Shown: in pieces, positions 43,620 to 54,154 of the stretch
How the letters are laid out: every line of letters begins with the position of its first letter
Numbering within the stretch: position 1 is the stretch's first letter
Origin: a virus
Taxonomy: Duplodnaviria; Caudoviricetes
Direction: 5' to 3' (one strand)
IMG/VR virus record: IMGVR_UViG_3300013121_000039
Coordinates: 64,001-128,000 of that record
Length of the DNA stretch: 64,000 nucleotides
The notes under the pieces: generated by a model
What the model saw: only the letters and a program-made list of their open reading frames with translations
Told to the model about the DNA's origin: nothing
Database searches by the model: none
Position numbers and translations under genes: made by a program

Positions 43620-46600
43620 TCTGCTCTCCGGAGACCGACGACGTGCCTGAGGCGTCGGCCCCTGGGATGAAGTAGATGAGACGCGGCGAGCCGCTGTACC
43701 CCACCTTCGGGTTGCTGGAAGCGGACCCACCCACCTCGTCTTCCGAGAACTCCACCCAGACACGCCTGTTCCAGTCGTAGAGGGTGACGGCCACCTTGGT
43801 CGGCGTGTCGGGGTTGCCACCGTTCTGGTCGATGAGCTTCTCGATCTCGGAGACGTCGACAGGCGTCTCGATGGAGAGCTGGTCGATGTAGCTGCGGATG
43901 GCCTTGACGATGACCGCCGGATCTCGCCCACCGACGTAGGACGCGGTGTAGGAGACGTAGGCCGGAAGGAAGTGGCGGGCGAGCAGGTCGGCCGCCAACG
44001 TGCGGTCCGTGGGCGAGTCGATGAAGTTCTGGACGAGCCTCACGAGGTCCGCGCGCTCGTAGGAGATCTGGATTGGGGCCCCCACGAGACGGATGTACGC
44101 GTCCGGGGAGTCCGGACTGCCGAGAGGGAGCAGCACGACCGGCAGGTCGAGGAAGCCGGTCTCGCGGGTCGAGTAGCTGAGGGTCGTGTCCTCCACGGCG
44201 TGCCGGTAGCCGAGGGACGAGAATGTGCCGGGCTCCAGCGCGAGGTAGGAGTCCTTCGCGATGTTGGCGAGGTCGGATGGGGACAGCGAGACCACCTCGG
44301 TGTCGAAGTAGTAGAGCGCCCCGTCGACCTTCTTCGACATCTCGGTGGTCGTGATGCGCCTCTCGTTGTCCTTGAGGATCCGGTACGGCTGCCCCACACC
44401 GTCTCGGACCTGCGCAGCCGTCGTGCCGCCAGAGACCACCGAGTCGTTGGCGACGGCGGAGAAGGCGTAGTCGGACCGCTCAGACTCGTAGATGCGGAAG
44501 GGGACGAGGCCGACCATGTCCCTTCCACCGTAGTCGACCCCGTCCCAGAGCTGGGACGTGGGGGCGGGCAGGTCAGTTGCCGGGATGATCACCCAGCGAG
44601 TCACCCCAGCCCCGCTGGGGAATGCCGGCATGACGCTCTGGTCGGTCAGCACCACGTAGTCGCCGTGACCAGTGATGTCCTTGTTGAGCACCTCCTCGAT
44701 GAGGAAGGTGCCCATGGCGCGGTAGTCGATGCCGAAGAGGCAGATGTACGCGCCGACATCCGAGTCCGTGAACGGCTTGGTGGCGCCAGAGAAGACCACG
44801 AACTTGGGGTCGCCGAAGTCGGTGGACAGCCCGTAGCTCGCGCCAGATCCAGACTTCGTGACCACTGGGGACGACGCGGAGAGGACCCTATCCACCGTCA
44901 CCGTGTAGGCGTCGACGTAAGAGGTGATGCGGTAGCCGCCAGCGTCGTCTCCCGCATCGAGGCAGAGGAGGTTGCCCACCATAGCCGGGGTGAAGGGGCC
45001 GCCAGTGGACTCCGGGGCGACGAGCTTCGAGCTCCCAGCCTCGGTGGAGATGATGGCCTGGCCCCACTTGTCGCCGTAGAGGAAGACCTCTTCGTGGACC
45101 GAAAGCGTGTCCCCCACGACGACCCCGGCCGTGAAGATCGGCAGCTTGGAGTCGTCCGAGAAGGCGACGGTGTTGGCCCCACCGACGACCAGGTCGCGCG
45201 GGAACTCCTTGGGATCGGTCTCGTCCCCCGTCGTAGCGGGCACGACCTGACGGGAGGAGTACCGCACCGGGTCGGGACGGTACTGGATGGCCTCGCCGGC
45301 ATCCGTCGTGAAGCGGAAGAGCGTGGGCTGGGCAGCATCGGCGGTCTTCTGGGTGAAGACGGTCGGCTCCTTGAAGTAGCTGCGCAGGACGCCACGTGCC
45401 GGCAGCCCCCACTCGTACCGGCACTGCACCATGTTGTTGAGGGCGGCCTCCACCTCGGAGACATCCAACGCCGCGGCACCGGCGTTGGAGATGGCGGTGG
45501 CCAGCTTCGAGCTGAGCGTGCTGTACCAGGTCGAGAAGAAGTCCGGGAACTGGAGAGGGAAAGAGAGGCTCTCCAGCCCTGTCGGCACGGCGTGGGCCGA
45601 GCAGAAGTCGAGGATGAGCTTCAGCGGGTCGACCGGGAACTCCCCGTAGATCTGGATGAAGTAGACGTAGGCATCGGTCGAACCGTCGACCTGGTAGCGG
45701 AACTTGTGGACGGCGCGGATGAGGTAGTCGCCCTTGTTCGGCCCGTTCTTGATGGAGAGGCACTCCCCAGGATTCGGCTCGATGGGTGGCGTATTCACCG
45801 CATCCGAGAAGACCTCGGTGGTGGCCACGAAGAAGCTGGTCTTGCCCTTGGTGTCGGAGCGGGTGTCGAGCTCCCCGTAGGTGCCTGCTCCGAAGAGCAT
45901 AGGCAGGTAGACCCCATCGGCCCGATCGTAGCCGTTGGAGTACCGGCCACCGCCTGGCGAGGCGATGTTGGAGTAGGGATCGATGAGCCCAGCCAGGTCC
46001 GGCAGGACGAACCCGGAGGCCGTCTGGCTCCCACCCAGCACCTTCGCCGAGGTCATCGGCCCGGTCGGCACCACTGCCACGGGGTCCGCCGGCGGGATCG
46101 ACAGCCCGGTGGACTGTTGGGTGGAGTCGAGGAGCAGGATCTCCCGCACACGGACCAGCGGCCGCTCCACCGGCTCCTGGAAGTAGAAGACCTCGAAGGC
46201 GAGGTCGTAGCTGGTGGCGGAGAGCTTCTTGTTCAGGATGGCGCCCTGCCCGCCGAGCGTCGGGTCGAACGCCGTGATGGTGTAGTCCCCCGCATCCGGA
46301 CCGGAGAGAATGCGGAGGGTATCCCCCACCTTCGCCCCGTACTGGAGCAGGTCGGTGTTCGCGAGCGTGACGAGCTCGGAGCCGATGGTCGACTGGAGCA
46401 CCTTCTGCTCCACGTTGCCGAACGGGAAGCGGACGGTGCGCGGCTCGAAGGGGTTGATGCGGATGTTCTTCAGGATGCGGTAGCGGACGTTGAGCTTCGA
46501 AGCCGTGAGGCTCTGCGCGAGACGCACCGTGCTGCCGGCGATCTCGCAGATGACGTAGGAGCCGGCGTCCGGCCCCTCCTCGATGAAGATGAGGTCTCCG

Positions 46601-48078
46601 ACCTCCACTCCCGCATCCTGGAAGCTGAACGACGCCTCCGAGTCCGAGACTGCGTTGGTGGCGTTGGTGACGAGAGACAGCCGCTCCAGAGAGAAGTGCG
46701 GGTTCTTGGTCGTTGAGCCGAGCTTGCCCAGGTCGGAGAGTCCGTCGATGACCGCCTGCGTGACGTCCTGCGTCGAAGGCCGCACGTAGATGTCCGTGCG
46801 GCCGTAGATGTGGACCTCCCCGCTCGGAACGGAGAGGTCGACGGCCTCCCCTCCCGGCAGCGACGACACCTTGATCTGACTCTTCTTCGAGAACCCGCCC
46901 TCGAAGGACCTGGGGAGGGTAGAGAGGAAGTCAGAGAGCGTGTCCCCGAAGATCGTGCCGAGCACGTTCGACGGGTCGGACCACCGCACGAGGTAGGACC
47001 TCAGGAATCCGGACTCCGCCGCGGCCTGGTCGAAGAGGAGCTCCTCGACCACCAGACGCACCAGGCGCAGAGACTGCGGGACGCCGTCGATGTTGAGGTA
47101 GGCGTAGACGGAGTCACCGGCCGCAGGAGAATCCAGCTCCTCGCCTTCCAGGGTCCGGGCCCGCACGTAGGCCAGCTTGTCGTAGAGCTCCACCCTTCCG
47201 GTGATCCAGGAGTGGCCAGGACCAGAAGCCACCAGCAGGTCTCGCTGCATCTCCGGGTCCTTGGCCCCGATGACCTGCACGGCCCGCAGAGACCCGCGGA
47301 AGACCGAGTTGAGCAGCGCCGGCGCACCGCGCGGAGAGGTGAGGCTCCGCTCGGTCAGCGACTGCTCGGCGGCCTGCACGAACGCCGTCGAGTCCTGCTT
47401 CGCCGAGCCTCCGATGAACTTCGTGAGGTTCGTGACCTTGACGACGTTGGAGACGCCTTCGATGCCGACCAGGTCACCGACTGCGAGGTTGTAGGAGTCG
47501 CCAGGCTGCTCCGCGCGCAGCGGCACGTCGACGTAGAAGAGCGTGCCGTCCCTGTTGAAGGCCACGGTCTCGGCCGAGACCGTGAGCGGCAGAGTCGGGA
47601 AGAAGGAGAGGCCGGTGGAGCTGAAGGCCCTGGTGGCCAGCTCGATGCGGACATCGGTCGGGGTCTGGAAGTAGATCCGGCCGATGCCGATGGAGAAGCC
47701 GCCCGGGTCTCTGGTGTCGAAGAGGTTGGCGACGACCGCGTCGACGTCGTCGTCCGAGAGCAGAGTCGGGTCGATGACCGACTGGGACCGGCGGATGGAG
47801 TTCGTCTCCCGCTTCCAGGGCTCCAGGATGAGCTTCAGCGGGTTGACGAAGGTGTCCCTGATGGCCCCTGGGTCGGTGGCGTAGAGGTCCGGGAACTCCT
47901 GGGCGAAGCGGTCCGTCAGGAAGGAGTCGATGTCGGTCTCGAACGGATCCGCGCCGAGGTAAGAGAGGAGCGGGTCGACGAACTTCGTCTGAGCCGGAGA
48001 ACCAGACGAGACGTCCATCGACGGATCCAGAGCGAGGAGGCGGGTCTCGATGAACGACTTGAGTTCGGTGCTGGCCAT
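43600..48078 (-). CDS. Baseplate J/gp6-like wedge protein (extended)
   Basis: VPLRAEQPGDSYNL...GG...SLTERSL...DPEMQRD...GRTDIYV pattern. Confidence 0.7.
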   Translation of the reverse strand: MASTELKSFIETRLLALDPSMDVSSGSPAQTKFVDPLLSYLGADPFETDIDSFLTDRFAQEFPDLYATDPGAIRDTFVNPLKLILEPWKRETNSIRRSQSVIDPTLLSDDDVDAVVANLFDTRDPGGFSIGIGRIYFQTPTDVRIELATRAFSSTGLSFFPTLPLTVSAETVAFNRDGTLFYVDVPLRAEQPGDSYNLAVGDLVGIEGVSNVVKVTNLTKFIGGSAKQDSTAFVQAAEQSLTERSLTSPRGAPALLNSVFRGSLRAVQVIGAKDPEMQRDLLVASGPGHSWITGRVELYDKLAYVRARTLEGEELDSPAAGDSVYAYLNIDGVPQSLRLVRLVVEELLFDQAAAESGFLRSYLVRWSDPSNVLGTIFGDTLSDFLSTLPRSFEGGFSKKSQIKVSSLPGGEAVDLSVPSGEVHIYGRTDIYVRPSTQDVTQAVIDGLSDLGKLGSTTKNPHFSLERLSLVTNATNAVSDSEASFSFQDAGVEVGDLIFIEEGPDAGSYVICEIAGSTVRLAQSLTASKLNVRYRILKNIRINPFEPRTVRFPFGNVEQKVLQSTIGSELVTLANTDLLQYGAKVGDTLRILSGPDAGDYTITAFDPTLGGQGAILNKKLSATSYDLAFEVFYFQEPVERPLVRVREILLLDSTQQSTGLSIPPADPVAVVPTGPMTSAKVLGGSQTASGFVLPDLAGLIDPYSNIASPGGGRYSNGYDRADGVYLPMLFGAGTYGELDTRSDTKGKTSFFVATTEVFSDAVNTPPIEPNPGECLSIKNGPNKGDYLIRAVHKFRYQVDGSTDAYVYFIQIYGEFPVDPLKLILDFCSAHAVPTGLESLSFPLQFPDFFSTWYSTLSSKLATAISNAGAAALDVSEVEAALNNMVQCRYEWGLPARGVLRSYFKEPTVFTQKTADAAQPTLFRFTTDAGEAIQYRPDPVRYSSRQVVPATTGDETDPKEFPRDLVVGGANTVAFSDDSKLPIFTAGVVVGDTLSVHEEVFLYGDKWGQAIISTEAGSSKLVAPESTGGPFTPAMVGNLLCLDAGDDAGGYRITSYVDAYTVTVDRVLSASSPVVTKSGSGASYGLSTDFGDPKFVVFSGATKPFTDSDVGAYICLFGIDYRAMGTFLIEEVLNKDITGHGDYVVLTDQSVMPAFPSGAGVTRWVIIPATDLPAPTSQLWDGVDYGGRDMVGLVPFRIYESERSDYAFSAVANDSVVSGGTTAAQVRDGVGQPYRILKDNERRITTTEMSKKVDGALYYFDTEVVSLSPSDLANIAKDSYLALEPGTFSSLGYRHAVEDTTLSYSTRETGFLDLPVVLLPLGSPDSPDAYIRLVGAPIQISYERADLVRLVQNFIDSPTDRTLAADLLARHFLPAYVSYTASYVGGRDPAVIVKAIRSYIDQLSIETPVDVSEIEKLIDQNGGNPDTPTKVAVTLYDWNRRVWVEFSEDEVGGSASSNPKVGYSGSPRLIYFIPGADASGTSSVSGEQIKLTRR

Positions 48079-48082
48079 TCGA

Positions 48083-48727
48083 TCACCTGACGGTCACAAG
48101 AGCTGCGTCGCCAACGACGTTGCGGAGGTCGATGACGCCGTAGAGGGTGGTGGTCTCCGAGTCGAAGCGGACGCTGGAGAGCGACGCCGAGAGGAGCCGC
48201 TCCTCGGGAGGGATGCGCCGGTTGTTGGCCTGGGCCCGGAAGACATTCTTCTTGGTCCTGTCCACCGCCATGGAGAGCTCGGCGGTGGCCCCATGCCCAT
48301 CCGTCACGGCCTTGCCGATGATGGACCTCGCACCACCACCGCTCGCCTGATCGAAGATGTCCGAACCAGGCGTCGTGAAGAGCTCCAAGAGGAACTGCTG
48401 GATGAGTCGGTCGAGGCCGCCGACCATCCTCACCCCGCGACCCACGTTGAGGGAGATCTGAGCGTCCTGCGTCGACACGGCGGAGTCGGCCAGGACCAAG
48501 AGGGACCGGAGAGGGACCCCGACCTGCGAGTCCGGGATCCTGACCACGAGCCTCCCGGTCCCCATGATGACGAACTCTGGTGCTGCGACGTCGTTGTAGA
48601 GGATCTCGACCGTCGAGTTCAGATCCTGGCCCAGGACGATGAGGGCCGGCGGCGAGAAGTTCCGGACTGGGGAGACCGAGGTGACCTTGAGGACGGTCCT
48701 GGCCTGGACGATCTTGAAGTCCTTCAC
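48083..48727 (-). CDS. Baseplate gp25-like protein with N-terminal Ig/IPT-like domain
   Basis: GLDRLIQQFLLELFTTPGSD...GGG; precedes the baseplate J-like gene. Confidence 0.6.
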   Translation of the reverse strand: MKDFKIVQARTVLKVTSVSPVRNFSPPALIVLGQDLNSTVEILYNDVAAPEFVIMGTGRLVVRIPDSQVGVPLRSLLVLADSAVSTQDAQISLNVGRGVRMVGGLDRLIQQFLLELFTTPGSDIFDQASGGGARSIIGKAVTDGHGATAELSMAVDRTKKNVFRAQANNRRIPPEERLLSASLSSVRFDSETTTLYGVIDLRNVVGDAALVTVR

Positions 48728-48957
48728 AGGCTCTCCTCGCTCTCCAGCCCGGCCACGACGGCATCCACATGCGCCTCCAGCGTGGTGAGGCGCATCAGCT
48801 TCGCCACCCTCTTCGTGGACGGAGAGCCCTGGATGAGGTCGACCTGCTCCTGGAGAAGATCCCCCAGGGTCATGCCAGACAAGGCCTTCGTCATCGCGTC
48901 GCCGCGGACAGCCGAGTAGGCGGCGTGCAGGGACTCCTCGACGCTAGACCTGGCCAT
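48724..48957 (-). CDS. Hypothetical protein
   Basis: Overlap-coupled ORF. Confidence 0.55.
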   Translation of the reverse strand: MARSSVEESLHAAYSAVRGDAMTKALSGMTLGDLLQEQVDLIQGSPSTKRVAKLMRLTTLEAHVDAVVAGLESEESL

Positions 48958-51013
48958 CCCACACCTCCCCGGCCGAGATGGAGGCGCCTGCGGAGTCCTG
49001 CACCGTCGAGGGCAGGGCGGACACGGCCACCGCGGACGTCGCCTTCAAGAAGGTGCCGGCGTAGCTGGCCATGTCCTCGTCCAGTTCCAAGAGTGCCTGA
49101 AGGTCGCACCGCAGCAGCAAGTCCGTCGCCCGGTCGTAGTTCTTCTCAGCCAGGGTGAGGAGGATGCCGTCAACGATCCGACGCTCCTCGTCAGCGGCCC
49201 CTGGCGGGAGCATTGTCGACGGGTCCCCCAAGAGGTTCAAGAGTGTTGTGAGGTGGGATGCGAGAGAGGAGAGCGCCTTACGAGCCTCCCCTCTCTGGGC
49301 CTGAGTCTGCGAGGCCATGAGAGAAGCGAAGAGGCGGTCCAAGACCGCCAAGTCTGTCGCGAACTGCGTCTTCCTCCAGCTCTTCAAGAAACGGTTCAGG
49401 GCAGGGAAGAGTGCGTCGTAGCACTGCGTCAAGGCACTGGAGGCGTAGAGGGGGCCCGTGAACGACTCCACAGCCCTCTCCAAGTAGACCGTCGGCAGGT
49501 CCACGTCCTGCACCAAGATCCCATCAGCCTTCTTCGAGCCGAGGCGCACGGTGTCCCCCACTTGGAGGACGTCCCCGGGGGCGAGCTCCAGGAGCACCAA
49601 GGTCTTGGTCAGGGCACGGTGCTGGCCCGTGATGCCGAACGAGTCAGGGGCCGAGACCGTCACCACGGTCCCAGGGGCCGTCTCCGGCCCCTCGATGAGG
49701 ACCCTGTCGTCAGACGTCGCGGTGAAGGAGAACGTCGGGAAGAGAAGGCCGAGCGCATCAGCCGCATCCCTGGCACTCACCTTCTGGGAGCCGGTCTTCC
49801 CGACCGTGAGGCCGAGAACGGAAGCGCCCGTGGACTGGAAGTACTTCTTCGTCCCAGTCGTCGTCCCCAGCGAGAAGAAGGCCCCGCCCGGCTCCACACG
49901 GAGCGACTCCGACCCAGGAGCGTAGAACAGCACCCGGTTCGAGGTCCCGGCGTAGGACGCTGCCCGGACGGTGGAGGGGGCACGGAAGTTGAAGTCCGTC
50001 ACCAGGTCGAGGACCGTCGCGTACGGGCCGGCCAGCTGCACCAGAGTGGGATCCGACAGGTCGGTGGAGAAGACGACCTGCCCAGGGGCACTCATCGGGA
50101 ACTGGATGGGGTCGGAGATGAGGAAGGCCGAGGCTGGGACGAAGAAGGTGAAGGCGATGTTGTCGATGCTGAATACCGGCGAGGCGCCGAGGTCGAAGGG
50201 GCCCTGCTGGCTGAGGATGGACACCGTCTCCGGAGAGCTCTCGACTTGAGTGCCGGCAGGGACTGGAGGGTCGAACAGCGCGGGCGGGGATGTGATGGTC
50301 GACACCGCGGCTCTGGCCGCGATGAGGCGCACAGCGATGTCACGAGAAGCTGCTGGGTCCCCTCCCGCGTCCAGATGCGCCAGGATGTCTTCCAGGTCCG
50401 CGCGGGCACGCGCCACAGCGGAGGTCCCCAGCATCGCGGAGAAGGGGGAGGCGGTGAAGTTCTCGATCCCGACGGCCAGCGTGTAGAGGCGGCTCAAGGT
50501 CTCCGTGTGGAGATCCTTCAAGGCGGCCAGGTCGCTCGGCAAGTCCCGCAACGCCTCCGACGCCGGGCGGGTGAGCTGTGAGGCCCCCTTCTTCCGCACG
50601 TTCCTGGAGATGTGACGGGTGAGGAACTCCTGAACCGCCCGCTCAAAGACCTGGACGGAGCCGTTTCCTGAAGGGAGACGGGGGAGGTTCTCCATCTGGA
50701 GCAGCGCCGATCTGGCCGTGGCCAGCACGTCCGCTCCGCCCAACTTGGTGGAGAAGTTTCCCAAGTCGGAGATGTCCGACTGGAGCGCCGTCACCTGGCT
50801 CAGCTCGGCCTGGACCGCCTTCATCAAGCCGTTGCGAGCCAGGTGGGCCAGGTAGAGCGCGGTGCGGGGCTTCAGCAGGAAGGTGAGGGCGATGGAGCCG
50901 AAGATGGCGGACGCGTTCAGCCCGGAGCTCTGGGCCCCAGGATCCCTTGGTCCCGAAACGCTCTGCGAGAGGAGCGCGGAGACCTGGTCGCTGACCGTCC
51001 GCGCTGCCATCAA
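48944..51013 (-). CDS. Virion structural protein
   Basis: Long ORF in tail module. Confidence 0.55.
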   Translation of the reverse strand: MMAARTVSDQVSALLSQSVSGPRDPGAQSSGLNASAIFGSIALTFLLKPRTALYLAHLARNGLMKAVQAELSQVTALQSDISDLGNFSTKLGGADVLATARSALLQMENLPRLPSGNGSVQVFERAVQEFLTRHISRNVRKKGASQLTRPASEALRDLPSDLAALKDLHTETLSRLYTLAVGIENFTASPFSAMLGTSAVARARADLEDILAHLDAGGDPAASRDIAVRLIAARAAVSTITSPPALFDPPVPAGTQVESSPETVSILSQQGPFDLGASPVFSIDNIAFTFFVPASAFLISDPIQFPMSAPGQVVFSTDLSDPTLVQLAGPYATVLDLVTDFNFRAPSTVRAASYAGTSNRVLFYAPGSESLRVEPGGAFFSLGTTTGTKKYFQSTGASVLGLTVGKTGSQKVSARDAADALGLLFPTFSFTATSDDRVLIEGPETAPGTVVTVSAPDSFGITGQHRALTKTLVLLELAPGDVLQVGDTVRLGSKKADGILVQDVDLPTVYLERAVESFTGPLYASSALTQCYDALFPALNRFLKSWRKTQFATDLAVLDRLFASLMASQTQAQRGEARKALSSLASHLTTLLNLLGDPSTMLPPGAADEERRIVDGILLTLAEKNYDRATDLLLRCDLQALLELDEDMASYAGTFLKATSAVAVSALPSTVQDSAGASISAGEVWDGQV

Positions 51014-51447
51014 GCGTCCTCGAACATCTCTCCGATGAGGCGGCGCTCAGCCTCGGCCAGGACGAGAGGGGTCGCCGAATCCCTCTCCAGGTGCTCGATC
51101 TTGGCGACGTGTTCCTTGGTGAGGTGGCGGGCCCAGGCCCGGATCTTCTCCGGCGGCAGGTCGACCAGATGGCAGACGTTCTCGAAGGAGTTGAAGAGCT
51201 CGCTGGGCTGGAAGAGCCAGACGAAGGCGTACTCGGCGATCTTCCGATGCTCCAGCTTCAGGGAGTCCCGGTAGCTCACCCAGTCGAAGGCCGCCCGGAT
51301 GATGACCTTCATCCAGAGCGCCCGGTACCCCACGTAGCGGTCGACGCTGCGCTGCATCGAGTCTGGCATCGACCGACACGCGCTGGGGTAGTACGTCACG
51401 TCCGGCACGAGCCGGTTCGCCATCTTCGCCAGGGCCTGTTGGGTCAT
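51010..51447 (-). CDS. Hypothetical protein
   Basis: ALWMKVIIRAAFD...WLF...SFENVC pattern. Confidence 0.6.
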   Translation of the reverse strand: MTQQALAKMANRLVPDVTYYPSACRSMPDSMQRSVDRYVGYRALWMKVIIRAAFDWVSYRDSLKLEHRKIAEYAFVWLFQPSELFNSFENVCHLVDLPPEKIRAWARHLTKEHVAKIEHLERDSATPLVLAEAERRLIGEMFEDA

Positions 51448-52358
51448 GACACGTTCACCGTGAGGGTCGGAGTCCCGATGTTGTAGGTAGGGAGGCGGAG
51501 CGGGTAGAGGTCCGGCCGGATCGAGGCTGTGATCTCGAAGGTGCCGGTCGCCTTGCCCAGGATGACGAGTACGCCGTCGGATGTGCGGAAGGAGACGTCA
51601 GCGAGGAGGGAGTCCGAGGCGTCGAACTGGATGAGGTTCCCGAGGTCCGCGGAGTGCGTCTGGAAGTCGCTGAAGGCAACCTCGACCGGCACCTCCACGA
51701 ACTGCCCGATGGTCACGGCGACAGGCGACGGCAGGCCGAAGGTGAGGGCAGTCGGCTCGGGGTGGATGAGCTCGATGAGGTTGGCCGTGGACCGATCCGG
51801 CACGACGATGGTCCAGAGCTCGTCCTCCTCCCCAGAGTAGGTAATCCAGTACTTGCCGGTGCGGAGCAGGTCGACCGACACGAACCCGTTCGCGTCAGTC
51901 CGGAGCTCCACAGCCGACGAAGACACCATGGCGCTGTCCACGACCTTCGGGGCCCTGAGCAGCAGCTCGGACTCTGCCGAGATACGGACCATGGCATTCG
52001 CCACTGGCTGGTTGCGGAAGTTGATGAACCTTCCGATGCAGCGGCAGACCCTTGGGTCGAGTGGGACGCCGAAGACGCCGACCGGGGTGGCAGCGACGGT
52101 GAAGCCGTTCGGGGCCTCCGGCAGCTCTGGCTCGTTCACCACCGCCGTCTGCGGCATGGCGAAGAGGAAGCCTGCTTTGAAGAAGCGCAACTCGTAGGTC
52201 CCGCCCGGGAGCAGGAGAGATGCGCGGCCATCGGCGTCCGTCGACCCCATGCCCACCTGCTGGAACGTGGTCGGGTCGAACGCACCGACCACCGCTCCTT
52301 CGATGGGCGCTGGGGTTGCGGAGTCGTCCTCCACGTACACGTTGACTGGGACGGCCAT
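51444..52358 (-). CDS. Prealbumin/carboxypeptidase-regulatory-like beta-sandwich structural protein
   Basis: PIEGAVV...TDADGRA...PGGTY; TDANGF. Confidence 0.6.
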   Translation of the reverse strand: MAVPVNVYVEDDSATPAPIEGAVVGAFDPTTFQQVGMGSTDADGRASLLLPGGTYELRFFKAGFLFAMPQTAVVNEPELPEAPNGFTVAATPVGVFGVPLDPRVCRCIGRFINFRNQPVANAMVRISAESELLLRAPKVVDSAMVSSSAVELRTDANGFVSVDLLRTGKYWITYSGEEDELWTIVVPDRSTANLIELIHPEPTALTFGLPSPVAVTIGQFVEVPVEVAFSDFQTHSADLGNLIQFDASDSLLADVSFRTSDGVLVILGKATGTFEITASIRPDLYPLRLPTYNIGTPTLTVNVS

Positions 52359-53279
52359 CTACAGCGACCTCCGCGTGAGGAGTGGGGGAGTCGTCTGAAC
52401 CGTGAACGGGTCGGCCACGTCGGAGAGGGCACTCATGAGGTCGAACGCCGGCGTGGCAGGAACCGTGATGACGCGAACGAGACTGGTCCCCTCCACTGCG
52501 ACGCACACCCGCGCGCCTTGGGCGAGGGGGAATTGCAGGAAGCCGTTCTCGTCAGCGGTGTAGAGGCGGGACCCGCCGTCGACGAAGCGGGACCCCACCG
52601 ACCCGACCTCCGGCGCGACGATGATCGTCGTCCTGGCCGGCCGACCGTCGATGGTGGTGAACCGGGCCGTAGCCAGGCTCACGGGAACGTCCGACAGCGG
52701 TGCCTGCGAACCGGCAGCCAGCGGAGAGACCTTCGAGACGGGGTTCGCCCCGTTGTCGCTGTAGCGCCACTGGTACCTGGAGAGGCTGGAACCGGAGACG
52801 TCGAAGTAGACGTAGAGGGTCTGCTCCGCCACGAGCGCTGGGCGCTGGTCCTTGCCATACACGATCCCAGTCGGGAAGCCGAAGAAGGCGGCCCCCTGGG
52901 TCACCTCCAGGGAGCTGGCCCGACCAGAGGAAAGGGTGCGGAGCACCACCGTCCCATCGACTACGCTGGCCACGCCTGGCACGGCAGCCTCGATGGCCGA
53001 CACGACCTGCGCCGGCGTCCAGTCAGCGAAGACTGGGGAGAAGGTGACCGACTGCGCCTCCCCGCCGTCGAGGCTGAACGCCAGGGTCATGCCGCCGACC
53101 CGGAAGTAGGACGCCTTCTTGGAAGAGACCCGAGCCGGCTCGGCAGACGGAGCGGTGATCTCGACGACCTCGTTGTCCGCCCCAGAGGTCTCGAAGATCT
53201 CGATGGTCGTGAAGCCCAGGTCGAGCAGCGTGGCGATCTCGCCAGCCATGACCGACACGGTGTTGACGAGCGTGCTCAT
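52359..53279 (-). CDS. Virion structural protein
   Basis: Beta-rich ORF in tail module; GGAGG RBS. Confidence 0.55.
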   Translation of the reverse strand: MSTLVNTVSVMAGEIATLLDLGFTTIEIFETSGADNEVVEITAPSAEPARVSSKKASYFRVGGMTLAFSLDGGEAQSVTFSPVFADWTPAQVVSAIEAAVPGVASVVDGTVVLRTLSSGRASSLEVTQGAAFFGFPTGIVYGKDQRPALVAEQTLYVYFDVSGSSLSRYQWRYSDNGANPVSKVSPLAAGSQAPLSDVPVSLATARFTTIDGRPARTTIIVAPEVGSVGSRFVDGGSRLYTADENGFLQFPLAQGARVCVAVEGTSLVRVITVPATPAFDLMSALSDVADPFTVQTTPPLLTRRSL

Positions 53280-53293
53280 CTACTCCTCCGCTG

Positions 53294-53614
53294 CTAGTGC
53301 TTCTTCTGACGCGGCGGAGGCTCGGGAGGAGCTCCGATGGCGTTGGTGATGCGCTTGGCGGCCTCTTGTCCCTTCTTCTTCTCGTCGATGACTTCCTGAA
53401 GCGAAGCAGAGACGGTCTGGTAGAAGCCGGTGACTTCGCCGTGCTGCTTGGTGTCCCTCGGGACCATGATGGGATCCGAACTCTCCGCATGCACGATGTC
53501 CGAGAACTCCGGCGGCGGGCTGTCGGTCTTCTCGATGGTCTTCAGCTCCTCCTCCGCCACGTACTTGGCAAACCGCTTGTCCCGCAGACGCTGGAAGAAC
53601 TTGACGATCCCCAT
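53294..53614 (-). CDS. Hypothetical protein
   Basis: ORF in operon. Confidence 0.55.
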   Translation of the reverse strand: MGIVKFFQRLRDKRFAKYVAEEELKTIEKTDSPPPEFSDIVHAESSDPIMVPRDTKQHGEVTGFYQTVSASLQEVIDEKKKGQEAAKRITNAIGAPPEPPPRQKKH

Positions 53615-53620
53615 GACCGC

Positions 53621-53947
53621 CTACCGATCCCGCATGAGCGCCGAGACCATGTCCCCGATGCGATCCAGGGCCAGGTTGGTCTCCTTCTGGGCAGCCGCAT
53701 GCTCGCTGATGATGTCCACGAGCTGAGTCGCGATCTTGTGGGAGTCGTCCACTCGCTTCTCCTGCGTCGCAGCCACCCGCTGCCCCATGTCATCCTGCCG
53801 CTTGGCAAACTCGTCCTGCATCTTCCGCATCTCGGTGTTAAGACGAACCGTGTCCCTCCAAAGCCAGATCATGCCGACCACGGGCGCTGCCAGAAGCAGT
53901 CCGAAGAGCCCGTAGCTGTCGATCATCAACTTGAGAAACGAATCCAT
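53621..53947 (-). CDS. Single-TM coiled-coil protein (holin-like)
   Basis: N-terminal TM YGLFGLLLAAPVVGMIWLW. Confidence 0.5.
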   Translation of the reverse strand: MDSFLKLMIDSYGLFGLLLAAPVVGMIWLWRDTVRLNTEMRKMQDEFAKRQDDMGQRVAATQEKRVDDSHKIATQLVDIISEHAAAQKETNLALDRIGDMVSALMRDR

Positions 53948-54154
53948 CTACTTCCCAGAGAGGTATGAGGCGATGTCCTTCTCAGCCACGGCGGAGACAG
54001 CGTCGATCCCAACGTCCTGAAGCCCGCGTCCCTTCTGGCCTGTCCTCATGACGGCCTTCAAGACCGCCGCCTCATTCGTCAGGCGCAGCCTCTCCTTGGA
54101 GACGTACTCCTTGGTGGCCTGCTGGAGCGCCTTCAGCTTGGGAGAGGCGGCCAT
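53948..54154 (-). CDS. Hypothetical protein
   Basis: TGATG coupling. Confidence 0.55.
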   Translation of the reverse strand: MAASPKLKALQQATKEYVSKERLRLTNEAAVLKAVMRTGQKGRGLQDVGIDAVSAVAEKDIASYLSGK